NCBI GenBank assembly: GCA_001828935.1
Contig: MHZX01000067.1
Location: 3,992 to 67,991, forward strand
Length of the DNA: 64,000 nucleotides
Direction: 5' to 3'
DNA from: Rhodocyclales bacterium RIFCSPLOWO2_02_FULL_63_24
Lineage (GTDB): Bacteria > Pseudomonadota > Gammaproteobacteria > Burkholderiales > Rhodocyclaceae
Shown: positions 1 through 9,898 of the stretch, in pieces
Layout of the letters: the number at the start of each line of letters is the position of its first letter
Position numbering within the stretch: the first letter of the stretch is position 1
Position numbers and translations under genes: made by a program
The notes under the pieces: generated by a model
What the model was told of the DNA's origin: nothing
Database searches by the model: none
The model's input: only the letters and a program-made list of their open reading frames with translations

Positions 1-1092
1 AACATGGGCCTTAAAGCGTTGCGCAAGATTCAGCGCCGTGCCGACGCGGTCGGCCTGCACCGCCTCAGTGGTGGTCGCCAGCAACCGCGCGGCTTCGGCC
101 GGGTGCGGCGTGATGATCGTCGGTGCGCTGCGCCGCGCGATGCGCGCGGCCAATACCGGATGGGTCGCCAGCAGATTCAACGCGTCGGCGTCGAGCAGCA
201 CTGGAAAGTCGGCGCTGGCGGTACGGCGCAGAATCTCCAGGGCGGCATCGGAAGCGCCCAGGCCGGGGCCGATGACGGCCACCATTGCCTGTGCCAGTGC
301 ATTTTCGGGCGAGCGCAGCATCAGCTCCGCTTGCAGCGGGTCGACGGCGAGCGCTTGCAGCAGTCCGGCAAACGTGCGGCCGGCACCGAGTTGCAGTCCC
401 GCACGCGCCGCCAGCAGCGCCGCACCCGTCATGCCGGCCGCACCGCCGATCACGGCCAGCGAGCCAAAGCTGCCCTTGTGGCTGTTGCGCGCGCGCGGCC
501 TCAGGCATTCATGGAAATCATCCAAGGCGAGCAGGGCGCCGGGAAATTCGTCGAGTTGCAGGCCGAGGTTGGCAACGCTGACCTCGCCGCAATGGTCAGG
601 ACCATCGAGCGTATACAGTCCCGGTTTGCCTCCGATAAAGCTGAGCGTATGCGTCGCGCGCACCGCCACGCCCATGACCCGTCCGCTATCGCCATCCAGG
701 CCGCTGGGAATGTCCAGCGCCAGCACCGGGCCGCGGAAGGCGTTGATGCGCGCGATCAGTTCGACGTAGGCACCGGAAATGGGCCGCGCCAATCCGATGC
801 CAAACAGGCCGTCGACCACCAGTCCAAAGTTGCCGGCCGGCAGCTTGCCGTCGGCACCGGCAATCACCACCTGAATGCCCTGTTCGCGCAGTACGCGTGC
901 CACAACCCGGGCGTCGCCACCGTTGTTGCCCGGTCCGGCGAAGACCAGCACGGGAGCCCGACGATCCTGAAGCAACTGTCCGGCGAATTCGGCGGCGGCG
1001 CGTCCCGCGCGCTCCATCAGGGGCGGTGCCGCATCGGCGTAGCGTGCCTCCACGGCGCGTAATTCGGCAGTGCGCAAGAGCAGTGTATGCAT
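1..1092 (-). CDS. nnr: Bifunctional NAD(P)H-hydrate repair enzyme Nnr (epimerase + dehydratase); C-terminal part lies outside the window
   Basis: Absent from the ORF track because it is open at the window edge. My translation of the minus strand from ATG 1092 gives MHTLLLRTAELRAVEARYA..., with GPGNNGGD (YjeF_N) and HKGSFGSLAVIGG (dehydratase domain) motifs. The plus-strand ORF 4..1062 is its Arg/Ala-rich antisense shadow. Confidence 0.85.
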   Translation of the reverse strand, partial: MHTLLLRTAELRAVEARYADAAPPLMERAGRAAAEFAGQLLQDRRAPVLVFAGPGNNGGDARVVARVLREQGIQVVIAGADGKLPAGNFGLVVDGLFGIGLARPISGAYVELIARINAFRGPVLALDIPSGLDGDSGRVMGVAVRATHTLSFIGGKPGLYTLDGPDHCGEVSVANLGLQLDEFPGALLALDDFHECLRPRARNSHKGSFGSLAVIGGAAGMTGAALLAARAGLQLGAGRTFAGLLQALAVDPLQAELMLRSPENALAQAMVAVIGPGLGASDAALEILRRTASADFPVLLDADALNLLATHPVLAARIARRSAPTIITPHPAEAARLLATTTEAVQADRVGTALNLAQRFKAHV

Positions 1093-1108
1093 GATGCGAT
1101 TGTAACCG

Positions 1109-1882
1109 TCAGGCGATTTCGACCAGAGTCTGAATTTTCCAGCCTTGCGCAGTCAATTGTTCGCGCAGATGGCGCGCTACGGCGACCGCATCGGGGTTGT
1201 CGCCATGGACGCAGACGCTGCCGATCGGCGTCGCGATGCGCGTGCCGTCCACGGCCAACAGGGCGCCGGCGTCGAGCATCGCCAGCACATGCGCCAGGCA
1301 GGCATCCGCACCATGGACCATGGCGTCGGCGCGCGCGCGGGGTACCAACTGGCCGTCGGGCAGATAGGCGCGGTCGGCGAAGATTTCCTCCACGACCCGC
1401 AGTCCGGCGGCGCGTCCCGCTAGCACCAGTTGCGATGCCGCCGGGGTCAGCAGGATCAGGTTGCGATCGACGGCATGGATTGCGCGGCAGATCGTGTCGG
1501 CCACGCCGCGGTCGGTGCAGGCGAGATTGTTCAAAGCGCCGTGCGGCTTGACGTGGGTGACTTGCGCCGCTTCGAGCGCGGCGATGCCGGCCAGCGCGCC
1601 GATCTGGAATGCCATCTGGTTTTCGAGTTCGGCGGCGGAGAGCGCCATGGCGCGACGGCCGAAGCCTTGCAAGTCGGGATAGCTCGGGTGGGCGCCGATC
1701 GAGACGCCGCGCTGCCTTGCCAGGCGCACGGTGTGGCGCATCACGTCGGGGTCGCCGGCATGTCCGCCGCAGGCGATGTTGGCCGAGGCGACGATCTCCA
1801 GCATGGCGGCGTCATCGCCCAGGCGCCAGGCGCCGAAGCCTTCGCCGAGATCGGCGTTGAGGTTAATTCGCTTGCTCGGCAT
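1109..1882 (-). CDS. pxpA: 5-oxoprolinase subunit A (LamB/YcsF family)
   Basis: 257 aa. N-terminus MPSKRINLNADLGEGFG..., NIACGGHAGDP and GAHPSYPD are typical of LamB/YcsF. Last gene of the TRAP-pxp operon; overlaps pxpC by 20 nt. Confidence 0.9.
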   Translation of the reverse strand: MPSKRINLNADLGEGFGAWRLGDDAAMLEIVASANIACGGHAGDPDVMRHTVRLARQRGVSIGAHPSYPDLQGFGRRAMALSAAELENQMAFQIGALAGIAALEAAQVTHVKPHGALNNLACTDRGVADTICRAIHAVDRNLILLTPAASQLVLAGRAAGLRVVEEIFADRAYLPDGQLVPRARADAMVHGADACLAHVLAMLDAGALLAVDGTRIATPIGSVCVHGDNPDAVAVARHLREQLTAQGWKIQTLVEIA

Positions 1883-2894
1883 CGATCACTCCGTCGATCA
1901 GGTTGGCGGCATACAGCGCGTCGAGGTCCAATTCGGCCCCTCCCGGCACCATGCTCGCGATGCATTCTGCCAGCGTTGCCGCGGCGGCGCGACGCGCGGC
2001 CAGCGCCTGCGCCATGCTCACTTCGACAAAGCGCAAGATTTGGCCGGGCAGAGCCTGGCCGAGGCGCGGCAGGTCGGCGCCGATCACGGCAGCGATTTTC
2101 GGGTAGCCGCCGACCGTCTGGCAGTCGGCCAGCAGAATGATCGGACGACCGTCGCCGGGCACTTGTATGACGCCGGGCGTAACGGCGTCCGAGACGATGT
2201 CGGCGCCGTAGGCCGGATCGTGATCGAGGCGTGCCCCGTCGAGGCGCAGGCCCATGCGGTCGGCTTCGCGACTGACGGTGAATTCTTCGTTGAGTAAACG
2301 CGTCCAGGCCGCGTCGGTGAAGTATTCGCGCTGCGGACCGGGCACCACGCGCAGCGGCCCGCCAGCAACTTGTGGGGGCTGCGGCAGGCGCAGCAGAAGC
2401 GGCGTTCCGCCGGCGCCGACTGCTAAGAGATCGCCGGCTTGCAGGGCGCGTCCGTCGATTCCGCCCAGTCCGGCGCGGGCATAGGTGGAACGGCTGCCCA
2501 GCACCGGCGGCAGGCCGAGACCGCCGGCAATTGCCAGATAGGCAACGCCGCTGTGCACCTTGCCGACCACCAGCGTCTCCCCGGTCGCCAGGTAGTGACT
2601 GTTCCAGGATCGAGCGTCTCGGCGCTGGCCATAGGCGTCGTCAATGTAGGCTTCACACTGGCCGGCGATGGCGAAGCTCACCGGGTTCACGGCGCGCAGC
2701 CGAGGTCCCAGCAGACGCATTTCCAGGGCGGCTGTTGTCAGCGGGTTTCCCACCAGCGCATTGGCCAGCGCCAGCCATTCGGCATCGAGCGCACCGGACA
2801 GCGGCACGCCCAAGTGGCGGTAACCGGGACGGCCGGCGTCCTGTACGGTCACGGGCATCGGGCAATCGAGAATCTCGATCACTTGGCCCGCCAT
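1863..2894 (-). CDS. pxpC: 5-oxoprolinase subunit C (allophanate hydrolase subunit 2 / KipA family)
   Basis: 343 aa. VQDAGRPGYRHLGVPLSGALD N-terminal signature of the KipA/AHS2 family. ATG 2894 overlaps the pxpB stop by 16 nt. Confidence 0.85.
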   Translation of the reverse strand: MAGQVIEILDCPMPVTVQDAGRPGYRHLGVPLSGALDAEWLALANALVGNPLTTAALEMRLLGPRLRAVNPVSFAIAGQCEAYIDDAYGQRRDARSWNSHYLATGETLVVGKVHSGVAYLAIAGGLGLPPVLGSRSTYARAGLGGIDGRALQAGDLLAVGAGGTPLLLRLPQPPQVAGGPLRVVPGPQREYFTDAAWTRLLNEEFTVSREADRMGLRLDGARLDHDPAYGADIVSDAVTPGVIQVPGDGRPIILLADCQTVGGYPKIAAVIGADLPRLGQALPGQILRFVEVSMAQALAARRAAAATLAECIASMVPGGAELDLDALYAANLIDGVIDAEQAN

Positions 2895-3637
2895 GCGCTG
2901 CAGTCGATCTCGCGCGTCGCGACGGCGGCGGCGAGACGCTGGAACTCGTCGCGACCGATCGGCACGAAGCGCACCGTGTCGCCCGGTTCAAGCAGGGCCG
3001 GCCGGGCCGTGTTGCCGAGGTCGAACAGCCGTGCCGGCGTGCGGCCCAGCAGATGCCAGCCGCCGGGACTTTGCCAGGGGTAGATGGCGGCCTGCGCGCC
3101 GGCGATGGCAAGGCTGTTGGCGGGCACCGCGGCGCGCGGTGTGGCCAGTCGGGGCAGTTGCAGCCACTGCGGCAACTCACCGAGGTACGGAAAGCCGGGC
3201 AGGAAGCCGATCAGGAAGACGTGCAATTCGGTCGCGCACAGCGCCTCGATCACCTCCGTTTCGCTGCGTTGGGTCGCGCCTGCGACGTGCGCCAGATCGG
3301 GGCCGAATTCGTCGCCGAATACCACGGGAATTTGCCACCGTGTCGGACTCTGTCTGCCGGGGATTCCGCTTCGCGGGCCGGCAAGCGCCGACTCCTGTGG
3401 CGGTGCCTGGGCGGCGTCCAGAAGATGCTGGCCCAGCGCCTGCCGATCCAGCCGCAGCGGATCGAAATGCACGGTGAGCGAGCGGTAGGTGGGCACCACG
3501 TCGCTGATGCCCTCCAGCTTCAAGGCGGACAGGGCATCGCGCGCCGCAATGACCTGGGCATTCAGCGCGGGATCGATTCGATCGTCGAATTCGAGCGTCA
3601 GCGCGCCGTCACCGAGAGCGAGGAGGCGCGGTTTCAT
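2879..3637 (-). CDS. pxpB: 5-oxoprolinase subunit B (allophanate hydrolase subunit 1 / KipI family)
   Basis: The track ORF 2879..3745 carries a non-homologous Arg/His-rich leader. The internal Met gives MKPRLLALGDGALTLEFDDRIDP...VVPTYRSLTVHFDP, typical KipI. This ATG at 3637 forms an ATGA overlap with the stop of the upstream permease. Confidence 0.85.
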   Translation of the reverse strand: MKPRLLALGDGALTLEFDDRIDPALNAQVIAARDALSALKLEGISDVVPTYRSLTVHFDPLRLDRQALGQHLLDAAQAPPQESALAGPRSGIPGRQSPTRWQIPVVFGDEFGPDLAHVAGATQRSETEVIEALCATELHVFLIGFLPGFPYLGELPQWLQLPRLATPRAAVPANSLAIAGAQAAIYPWQSPGGWHLLGRTPARLFDLGNTARPALLEPGDTVRFVPIGRDEFQRLAAAVATREIDCSAWRAK

Positions 3638-4932
3638 CCCACCATGCGCTGCGGCAGCCAGGTGATGATGGCCGGGAAGGCATAGAGCAGGCCGACCGCG
3701 CCCACCATGAGCAAGAACGCCGGCATTGCGGTGCGGGCGATCCACGGCAACTGCCTGCCGGTCATGCCCTGGATCACGAACAGATTGAAGCCGACCGGCG
3801 GCGTGATCTGCGCCATTTCGACCACCACCACGAGGAACACGCCGAACCAGATCAGGTCGATGCCGGCGGCGATGATGGTCGGCTGGATCACGGCGATGGT
3901 CAACACCACCATCGATATGCCGTCAAGAAAGCAGCCGAGGATGATGAAAAAGATCATCAGGCCAAAGAGCAGGCCGAACTGGCCGAGGCCGAGGCTGGCA
4001 ATCCATTCGGCGAGATGGCGCGGCAAACCCAGATAGCCCATCGCCAGTGTCAGGAAGGCGCTGCCGGCCAGGATCAGGGCAATCATGCAATACAGGCGCG
4101 TGGAGCCCAACAGGCTGTCGCGGAAAGTGATCCAGCTCAGCGAGCCTTGCGCGGCCGCCAACAACAGGCTGCCGACCACGCCCAGGGCCGCCGCCTCGGT
4201 AGCCGTGGCGATGCCGACATAAATCGATCCGAGGACCAGGGCGATCAGCAGCACCACCGGGATCAGGTGGCGCGACGCGTAGAGCTTCTGCCTGAAAGTG
4301 GTCTGCTCGGTTACGGACGGCACGGCATCGGGATTGAGCAGCGCCCAGACCACGATCCAGCCCATGAACAGGCTAGCCAGCAGGATGCCGGGCAGCACGC
4401 CGGCGATGAACAGCTTGGCGATCGAGACTTCGGCGGCGACGCCATACACGATCATGATGATCGAGGGAGGAATCAGGAGGCCCAGCGTTCCTGCGCCCGC
4501 CAGCGTGCCGACCGTGATGGCTTCCGGATAGCCGCGCTTCTTCAATTCGGGCAGGGTGATCTTGCCGATCGTGGCGCAGGTGGCGGCCGAGGATCCCGAC
4601 ACCGCGGCGAAGATGGTGCAGCCGATCACGTTGACATGCAGCATCCGCCCGGGGAGTTTCTCCAGCCAGGGCGCGAGGCCCTTGAACATGTCGGAGGAGA
4701 GTCGGGTGCGAAACAGGATTTCGCCCATCCAGAGGAACATCGGCAGGGCGGTCAGGGTCCAGGACGAGGAGGCGCCCCAGATGGTGACCGCCATGGCATC
4801 GCCGGCCGCACGCGCGGTGAACAATTCCATGCCCAGCCAGCCGACCCCGAGCAGGGCCAGTCCGATCCAGATGCCGCTGCCAAGCAGGACGAACAGTGCC
4901 ACGATCAGGCCGAAGGTGATTGCCAGATCCAT
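3634..4932 (-). CDS. TRAP transporter large permease (DctM family)
   Basis: Highly hydrophobic 432-aa polytopic protein starting MDLAITFGLIVALFVLLGSGIW. The 70-aa Arg-rich N-terminal extension in the track ORF (to 5142) overlaps the small-permease gene and is rejected. TAATG junction with the DctQ-like gene. Confidence 0.9.
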   Translation of the reverse strand: MDLAITFGLIVALFVLLGSGIWIGLALLGVGWLGMELFTARAAGDAMAVTIWGASSSWTLTALPMFLWMGEILFRTRLSSDMFKGLAPWLEKLPGRMLHVNVIGCTIFAAVSGSSAATCATIGKITLPELKKRGYPEAITVGTLAGAGTLGLLIPPSIIMIVYGVAAEVSIAKLFIAGVLPGILLASLFMGWIVVWALLNPDAVPSVTEQTTFRQKLYASRHLIPVVLLIALVLGSIYVGIATATEAAALGVVGSLLLAAAQGSLSWITFRDSLLGSTRLYCMIALILAGSAFLTLAMGYLGLPRHLAEWIASLGLGQFGLLFGLMIFFIILGCFLDGISMVVLTIAVIQPTIIAAGIDLIWFGVFLVVVVEMAQITPPVGFNLFVIQGMTGRQLPWIARTAMPAFLLMVGAVGLLYAFPAIITWLPQRMVG

Positions 4933-5447
4933 TATTCGCTCCTCGCGGGCTCGCCGTCGGCGGCGCGGTGCCGCAGTTTGTCGCCGCGCAGCACGGCGAC
5001 CAGTTCGTCGGCGATGGCCACGGCAAAAATCACAGTGCCGAGCGCCATGCCCAATTGAGGAATCCATAGCGGCGTCGCATCGGTACCTTGCGAAATGTCG
5101 TTGAACTGGAACGACTGCCAGGCCAGGCGCAGCGCGAACCACGCCAGCAGGACTGCGCAGAACAGTCCTGCGGCATGGCTCCAGAGTTCCAGCGCGTGGC
5201 GCAGGCGCGGACCGGCATGATCGAGGATCAGCGTGACGCGGATGTGCTCACCGTGTTTGAGGGTATGGGCTAGCGCGAGGAAAGCCGCTGCCGCCATGCA
5301 ATACCCTGCATAGGCGTCGGTGCCGCGGATGTGGAAATCCAGCAGGCGCCCGCTGACGGAAAGCAGGATCATCGCCAGGGTGCCGATCATGAACAGCGCC
5401 GCCATCCAGGCGGCGGCGCCGTAGATCCGGTCAAGGACGTGTCGCAT
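4932..5447 (-). CDS. TRAP transporter small permease (DctQ family)
   Basis: 171 aa with about 4 predicted TM segments, placed between DctP- and DctM-like genes. Confidence 0.8.
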   Translation of the reverse strand: MRHVLDRIYGAAAWMAALFMIGTLAMILLSVSGRLLDFHIRGTDAYAGYCMAAAAFLALAHTLKHGEHIRVTLILDHAGPRLRHALELWSHAAGLFCAVLLAWFALRLAWQSFQFNDISQGTDATPLWIPQLGMALGTVIFAVAIADELVAVLRGDKLRHRAADGEPARSE

Positions 5448-5455
5448 CGACCGGC

Positions 5456-6430
5456 TTACTTCTTGTAGGCGTCGAGGATGGCCTTGCCTTCAGCGCCGGC
5501 GGTCTTTTGCCATTCGCCGATCATGGTGTCGCCGACTTTCTTCAAATCGGCTTTCAGGGCCGCGGACGGGGCGGCCACGTTCATGCCGTTCTTCGCCAGT
5601 TGCTCGACATAGAACTTGGTCTTTTCCTCGCTGGTCTTCCAGCCGCGGGCTTCGGCGTCGCCGGCGGCCTTGAGCAGGGCAGCCTGGGTTGGCTGGTCGA
5701 GGGCGTCGAAGGCTTTCTGCGAAACCAGCACCGCGTTCTTCGGCAGCCAGGCCTGGGCATCGTAGAAATACTTGACCTGTTCCCAAACCTTCTTGTCGAA
5801 GCCGGTCGCGCCGGACGTCATGAAGGCCGATACCGTGCCGGTGGCGAGTGCTTGCGACAATTCCGCTTCCTGGATGGTCACCGGCTGCGCACCGAGCAAC
5901 TCGGCTATGCGCGAGGTCTGCGGGCTGTAGGCGCGCCACTTGACGCCCTTCAGGTCGGCACCCGAGTTGATGGGCTTTGCCGAGAAGATTCCTTGCGGCG
6001 GCCAGGGCACGGAAAACAGCATCTTCATGCCTTGTTTCGCCAGCAGCGCTTCGACGGCCGGTCTCTGCGCAGCCAGCAACTTCTTTGCTTCGACGTAGGA
6101 GGTGGCGAGAAACGGAACACCGTCGGCGCCGAAGACGGGGGACTCGTTGGAGGCTCCGACGAGAATGATTTCGCCGATCTGCGCCTGACCGCCCTGTACC
6201 GCGCGCTTGATTTCGTTGGCCTTGTACAGCGAGCCACCCGCATGCACGGTGATCTTCAGCTTGCCGGCGGTGGTCTTGTCGACGTCGGCGGCGAACTGGG
6301 TGATGTTTTCAGTGTGGAAGTTGGCGGCTGGATAGCCGGTGGGCATGTCCCACTTGGTTTGGGCCGTGGCGGAGAATGCAGTGAAAGCGAAACCGAGTGC
6401 GGCAAAGAGGGTGCAAACGCGGGTTTTCAT
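5456..6430 (-). CDS. TRAP transporter periplasmic solute receptor (DctP family)
   Basis: Signal peptide MKTRVCTLFAALGFAFTAFSATAQ followed by a DctP-like body. ATG 6430 is preceded by GAGGA with 8-nt spacing and is preferred over the GTG at 6445. Confidence 0.9.
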   Translation of the reverse strand: MKTRVCTLFAALGFAFTAFSATAQTKWDMPTGYPAANFHTENITQFAADVDKTTAGKLKITVHAGGSLYKANEIKRAVQGGQAQIGEIILVGASNESPVFGADGVPFLATSYVEAKKLLAAQRPAVEALLAKQGMKMLFSVPWPPQGIFSAKPINSGADLKGVKWRAYSPQTSRIAELLGAQPVTIQEAELSQALATGTVSAFMTSGATGFDKKVWEQVKYFYDAQAWLPKNAVLVSQKAFDALDQPTQAALLKAAGDAEARGWKTSEEKTKFYVEQLAKNGMNVAAPSAALKADLKKVGDTMIGEWQKTAGAEGKAILDAYKK

Positions 6431-6484
6431 CGGCGGATTCCTCACAAGAGATGGCGGGTTGAAGGAGATTAAGCGAACAGCACG

Positions 6485-6521
6485 TTAACATTTCATTTAC
6501 AAAACGTCAATAAAATGTTTA
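6485..6521. promoter_or_regulatory. Imperfect inverted repeat TTAACATTT-N19-AAATGTTTA in the AT-rich divergent intergenic region (candidate operator)
   Basis: 8 of 9 complementary positions. It lies in the only AT-rich stretch between the TRAP-pxp operon and the divergent wHTH regulator gene. Confidence 0.3.
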
Positions 6522-6557
6522 AATATTTTCGTCGAGAAAACATCGCGGGTTATCACC

Positions 6558-7112
6558 ATGACAAAGCCAGGCAACAAGACAGCGTCGGAATCGGCCATCG
6601 CCGGAGCGGATGTGCGGCGCATCGTTTCTTCCGAACATCTGGTGTCCGACAAGTGCCCTGAACTGTCGGAACTCGAGTTCGGTCTCATCATCGCGAGCCA
6701 CGCCTTTGGTCGCTGGATGACACGTTGCATGGCCGGCGCAGGGGTCAAGGACATGACCGAGACCGAAATCCTCGTGGTACATCACGTCAATCATCGGGGC
6801 CGCGAGAAGAAGCTGGCCGACATCTGCTTTGTGCTCAATATCGAAGACACGCACGTGGTCTCTTACGCGCTGAAGAAGCTCGCCAATCTTGACCTGGTGT
6901 CAGGCAGCCGGCGCGGCAAGGAAGTCTTCTGGTCGACCACCCAAAAAGGTGAGGCGTTGTGCGAGCGCTACCGCCAGGTGCGCGAGGCCTGCCTGATGCC
7001 AGGCTTCTCCGGCGCCGAGGAAGAAAACCTGCGGCTCGGCGACATGGCGCGCCTGCTGCGTACGCTATCCGGTCGCTACGACCAGGGCGCGAGAGCAGCC
7101 TCGTCGATCTGA
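6558..7112 (+). CDS. Winged-helix (MarR-like) transcriptional regulator
   Basis: 184 aa. The central segment [49 protein letters not shown] resembles a MarR-type wHTH. Divergent from the TRAP-pxp operon. Confidence 0.6.
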   Translation: MTKPGNKTASESAIAGADVRRIVSSEHLVSDKCPELSELEFGLIIASHAFGRWMTRCMAGAGVKDMTETEILVVHHVNHRGREKKLADICFVLNIEDTHVVSYALKKLANLDLVSGSRRGKEVFWSTTQKGEALCERYRQVREACLMPGFSGAEEENLRLGDMARLLRTLSGRYDQGARAASSI

Positions 7113-7152
7113 TCGGCCGCTACACCACACAACAGGGAGTACTTGTAACGCC

Positions 7153-8436
7153 ATGACTACCCCGCACAGCCGCCTTTCCTATCTCGATCCGGCCAGACCC
7201 GAACCCTGGGCCAGCTTCATCGAGCAGATCGACCGGGTCGCGCCTCACCTCGGCAAATTGTCGCGCTGGATCGAGACGCTCAAGCATCCCAAACGAATAC
7301 TGATCGTCGACGTGCCGATCGTGCGCGACGATGGCACGGTCGCGCATTACGAGGGCTATCGCGTGCAGCACAGCCTGTCGCGCGGCCCCGGCAAGGGCGG
7401 CGTGCGTTTCCATCCGGCGGTAACGCTCAACGAGGTGATGGCGCTGGCCGGCTGGATGACCATCAAGAATGCTGCCCTGGGGTTGCCTTACGGTGGCGCC
7501 AAAGGGGGGATCCGCATCGATCCGCGGCAATTCTCCCGTGCCGAACTGGAACGCATCACCCGGCGCTATACGTCGGAGATCGGCATTGTCATCGGGCCGG
7601 ACAAGGATATTCCGGCACCCGACATCGGCACCGATCAACAGACCATGGCGTGGATGATGGACACCTACTCGGTTAACGTCGGCCACACCGCCAGCGGCGT
7701 GGTCACCGGCAAGCCGATTGCGCTCGGTGGTTCATTGGGTCGCCAGGAAGGGACAGGACGCGGCGTTTTCATCGCCGCGCGCGAAGCCGGTGCCCGCGTC
7801 GGCGTGCCGATCTCCGGGGCGCGCATCGTGATACAGGGTTTCGGCAATGTCGGCGGCGTCGCCGCGCGCATTTTTTGCGAGCACGGCGCGCAGGTAGTTG
7901 CCCTGCAGGATGCCGAGGGTGCGATCGCCAATCCGGCCGGGATAGACATTCCCGCCGCGCTGGCCCACGCGGCAACACACGGCAGCCTGTCCGGTTTCAC
8001 TGGCGCGACTGCGGTCAGCGAAGACGACTTCTGGCAAGTCGATAGCGACTATTTCGTTCCCGCCGCCCTGGAGGGGCAGTTGACGCCAGACCGCGCGCAG
8101 CGCTTGCGGACCCGAATCGTCGTCGAGGGCGCCAACGGACCGACCACGCCGGCCGCCGACGACATCCTGGGCGAACGCAATATCCTGGTGATCCCGGATG
8201 TGCTGGCCAACGCGGGCGGCGTCACCGTGTCCTACTTCGAATGGGTGCAGGATTTCTCCAGCTTCTTCTGGAGCGAAGAAGAGATCAACGCGCGCCTGGA
8301 AAGCATCATGATCAAGGCCTTCGAGGCGATCTGGCAGACGGCGCGGGAGCGCCAGGTGTCGATTCGAACCGCGGCGTTCATCATCGCCTGTCAACGCGTG
8401 CTTGCCGCACGCGAGCAACGCGGTCTGTATCCCTGA
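7153..8436 (+). CDS. gdhA: Glutamate dehydrogenase (Glu/Leu/Phe/Val dehydrogenase family)
   Basis: 427 aa. Catalytic [11 protein letters not shown] motif and GFGNVG dinucleotide-binding motif. Confidence 0.92.
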   Translation: MTTPHSRLSYLDPARPEPWASFIEQIDRVAPHLGKLSRWIETLKHPKRILIVDVPIVRDDGTVAHYEGYRVQHSLSRGPGKGGVRFHPAVTLNEVMALAGWMTIKNAALGLPYGGAKGGIRIDPRQFSRAELERITRRYTSEIGIVIGPDKDIPAPDIGTDQQTMAWMMDTYSVNVGHTASGVVTGKPIALGGSLGRQEGTGRGVFIAAREAGARVGVPISGARIVIQGFGNVGGVAARIFCEHGAQVVALQDAEGAIANPAGIDIPAALAHAATHGSLSGFTGATAVSEDDFWQVDSDYFVPAALEGQLTPDRAQRLRTRIVVEGANGPTTPAADDILGERNILVIPDVLANAGGVTVSYFEWVQDFSSFFWSEEEINARLESIMIKAFEAIWQTARERQVSIRTAAFIIACQRVLAAREQRGLYP

Positions 8437-8469
8437 CCGGTTTCCGCCCCAGGGGGCGGAAGCAAGCTG

Positions 8470-8494
8470 GCGCCGCAAGACTGCGGGCGCTTTT
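8470..8494 (+). terminator. Rho-independent terminator of gdhA
   Basis: GCGCCGC-loop-GCGGGCGC stem (one bulge) followed by TTTT. A second GC hairpin (TTCCGCCC/GGGCGGAA) lies at 8442..8461. Confidence 0.55.
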
Positions 8495-8498
8495 GACT

Positions 8499-9590
8499 TC
8501 ACCCGTTCTGCGGGGAAGGGGCAGGTTTCCCGGCTTGCTGGACGACGCGGTTGCGGCCGGCCTGCTTGGCCTGGTACATGTTGCGGTCGGCGTGGGCCAG
8601 CAACAGATCCAGGGTGCTGCCATCCTGGGGATAGCTTGCGGCGCCGATGCTGACCGTGGTGCTGACGAGTTTGCCGCCGAGTGCCAGCGCGTTTGCCGAA
8701 ACCGCCTCTCGAATTCTTTCGGCGACATCGAGCGCGCCGGCAGCCGGGGTTTCCGGCAGCAGCACGAGGAACTCGTCGCCGCCCTGCCGCGCCAGCACGT
8801 CGGTATGCCGCAGTTGCCCCTGGATGCTTTTCACCAGCGACGTCAACAGGGTGTCGCCGGCCTTGTGCCCATGATCGTCGTTGACCCGCTTCAGATTGTC
8901 GCAGTCGATCACCAGCAGACTCATGGCCCTGTTGTAACGCGTGGCCTGTCCGAACAGCCGGTCGGCGACGATGGCGAATCCTCGCCGGTTGAGCGTCGAG
9001 GTCAGTTCGTCGGTTTCCGACAGGAGTTTGACCTTGCTCAGGCCATAGCGTATGTCCGAGGCGAACATGGTGGTGATGTAGGCCACCAGTACGAACGGGG
9101 CAAACTGGGCAAATATTCCTGCCGCATGTTTGAGCGAGATGAGTTCCAGGGCTGAGGACTGCCCGCCCAGGAACATGAAGCAGGCGGCGATCAGGGCCAA
9201 TTCCAGGAGTGTGGTGAGCTTGCCGAGGGCCAGCGCGCTGGTGATGATGACCAGCAGGTAGGAGTTCAGCAGGGGGCTGTCGAGCCGGCCGGTGTGCCAC
9301 AGCGCCCAGGTGATGAAGGCGGTCATGATCCAGGTTTCCACCGCAAGCTTCCAGCGCGATTCGCGCTTGAAGAAGTGGGCGTAGCGGAAACCCATGACGC
9401 ACATGGCGTAGAGCACCATGGCGAAGGCGATCACCGGCTTGTCGTCCGCCTCGATGCCGCCGAACACGTGGTAGAGCAGCACCACGACCAGCAGCAGCCA
9501 TTCGATCTCGGCCACGGACCGCGAGATTCCCCGGAGTTCCTCCTGCTCAATGGAAACGGAGCCGTTGGTCCCCTGATCCGCACTCGCCAT
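8499..9590 (-). CDS. Membrane-anchored diguanylate cyclase (GGDEF)
   Basis: Multi-TM N-terminal half. C-terminal GGDEF domain with RQGGDEFLVLL active site and RHTD I-site. ATG 9590 is preceded by GGAGGAG and preferred over 9608. Confidence 0.85.
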   Translation of the reverse strand: MASADQGTNGSVSIEQEELRGISRSVAEIEWLLLVVVLLYHVFGGIEADDKPVIAFAMVLYAMCVMGFRYAHFFKRESRWKLAVETWIMTAFITWALWHTGRLDSPLLNSYLLVIITSALALGKLTTLLELALIAACFMFLGGQSSALELISLKHAAGIFAQFAPFVLVAYITTMFASDIRYGLSKVKLLSETDELTSTLNRRGFAIVADRLFGQATRYNRAMSLLVIDCDNLKRVNDDHGHKAGDTLLTSLVKSIQGQLRHTDVLARQGGDEFLVLLPETPAAGALDVAERIREAVSANALALGGKLVSTTVSIGAASYPQDGSTLDLLLAHADRNMYQAKQAGRNRVVQQAGKPAPSPQNG

Positions 9591-9898
9591 TTTTCGTTCT
9601 CCTCCCATCGATACTTGCGGCCCGGCAACAAAGTCATTATGCCATTTGTCGGAAGTCAGTATGGCGTGCCGGTGCGTTTTTGGTTTCCCCTGGCGTGCCG
9701 AGCCGATTTCATCGGTCCGGTGCGACAGGTATCGCCGTTACGCCAGCGCCGACTTTCCCGGCTTGCAAGTGTTTCCGTGCATCGTCGATGAGCCAGTGTG
9801 GCGACGGTGGGTCTATGTCTTTCGGACTACAATTGGGAAAAGTTCGGGACGACAAAATGCCAACGCGGGGGTGTGATCTGGGGAGAGGTCCGAGCTCG

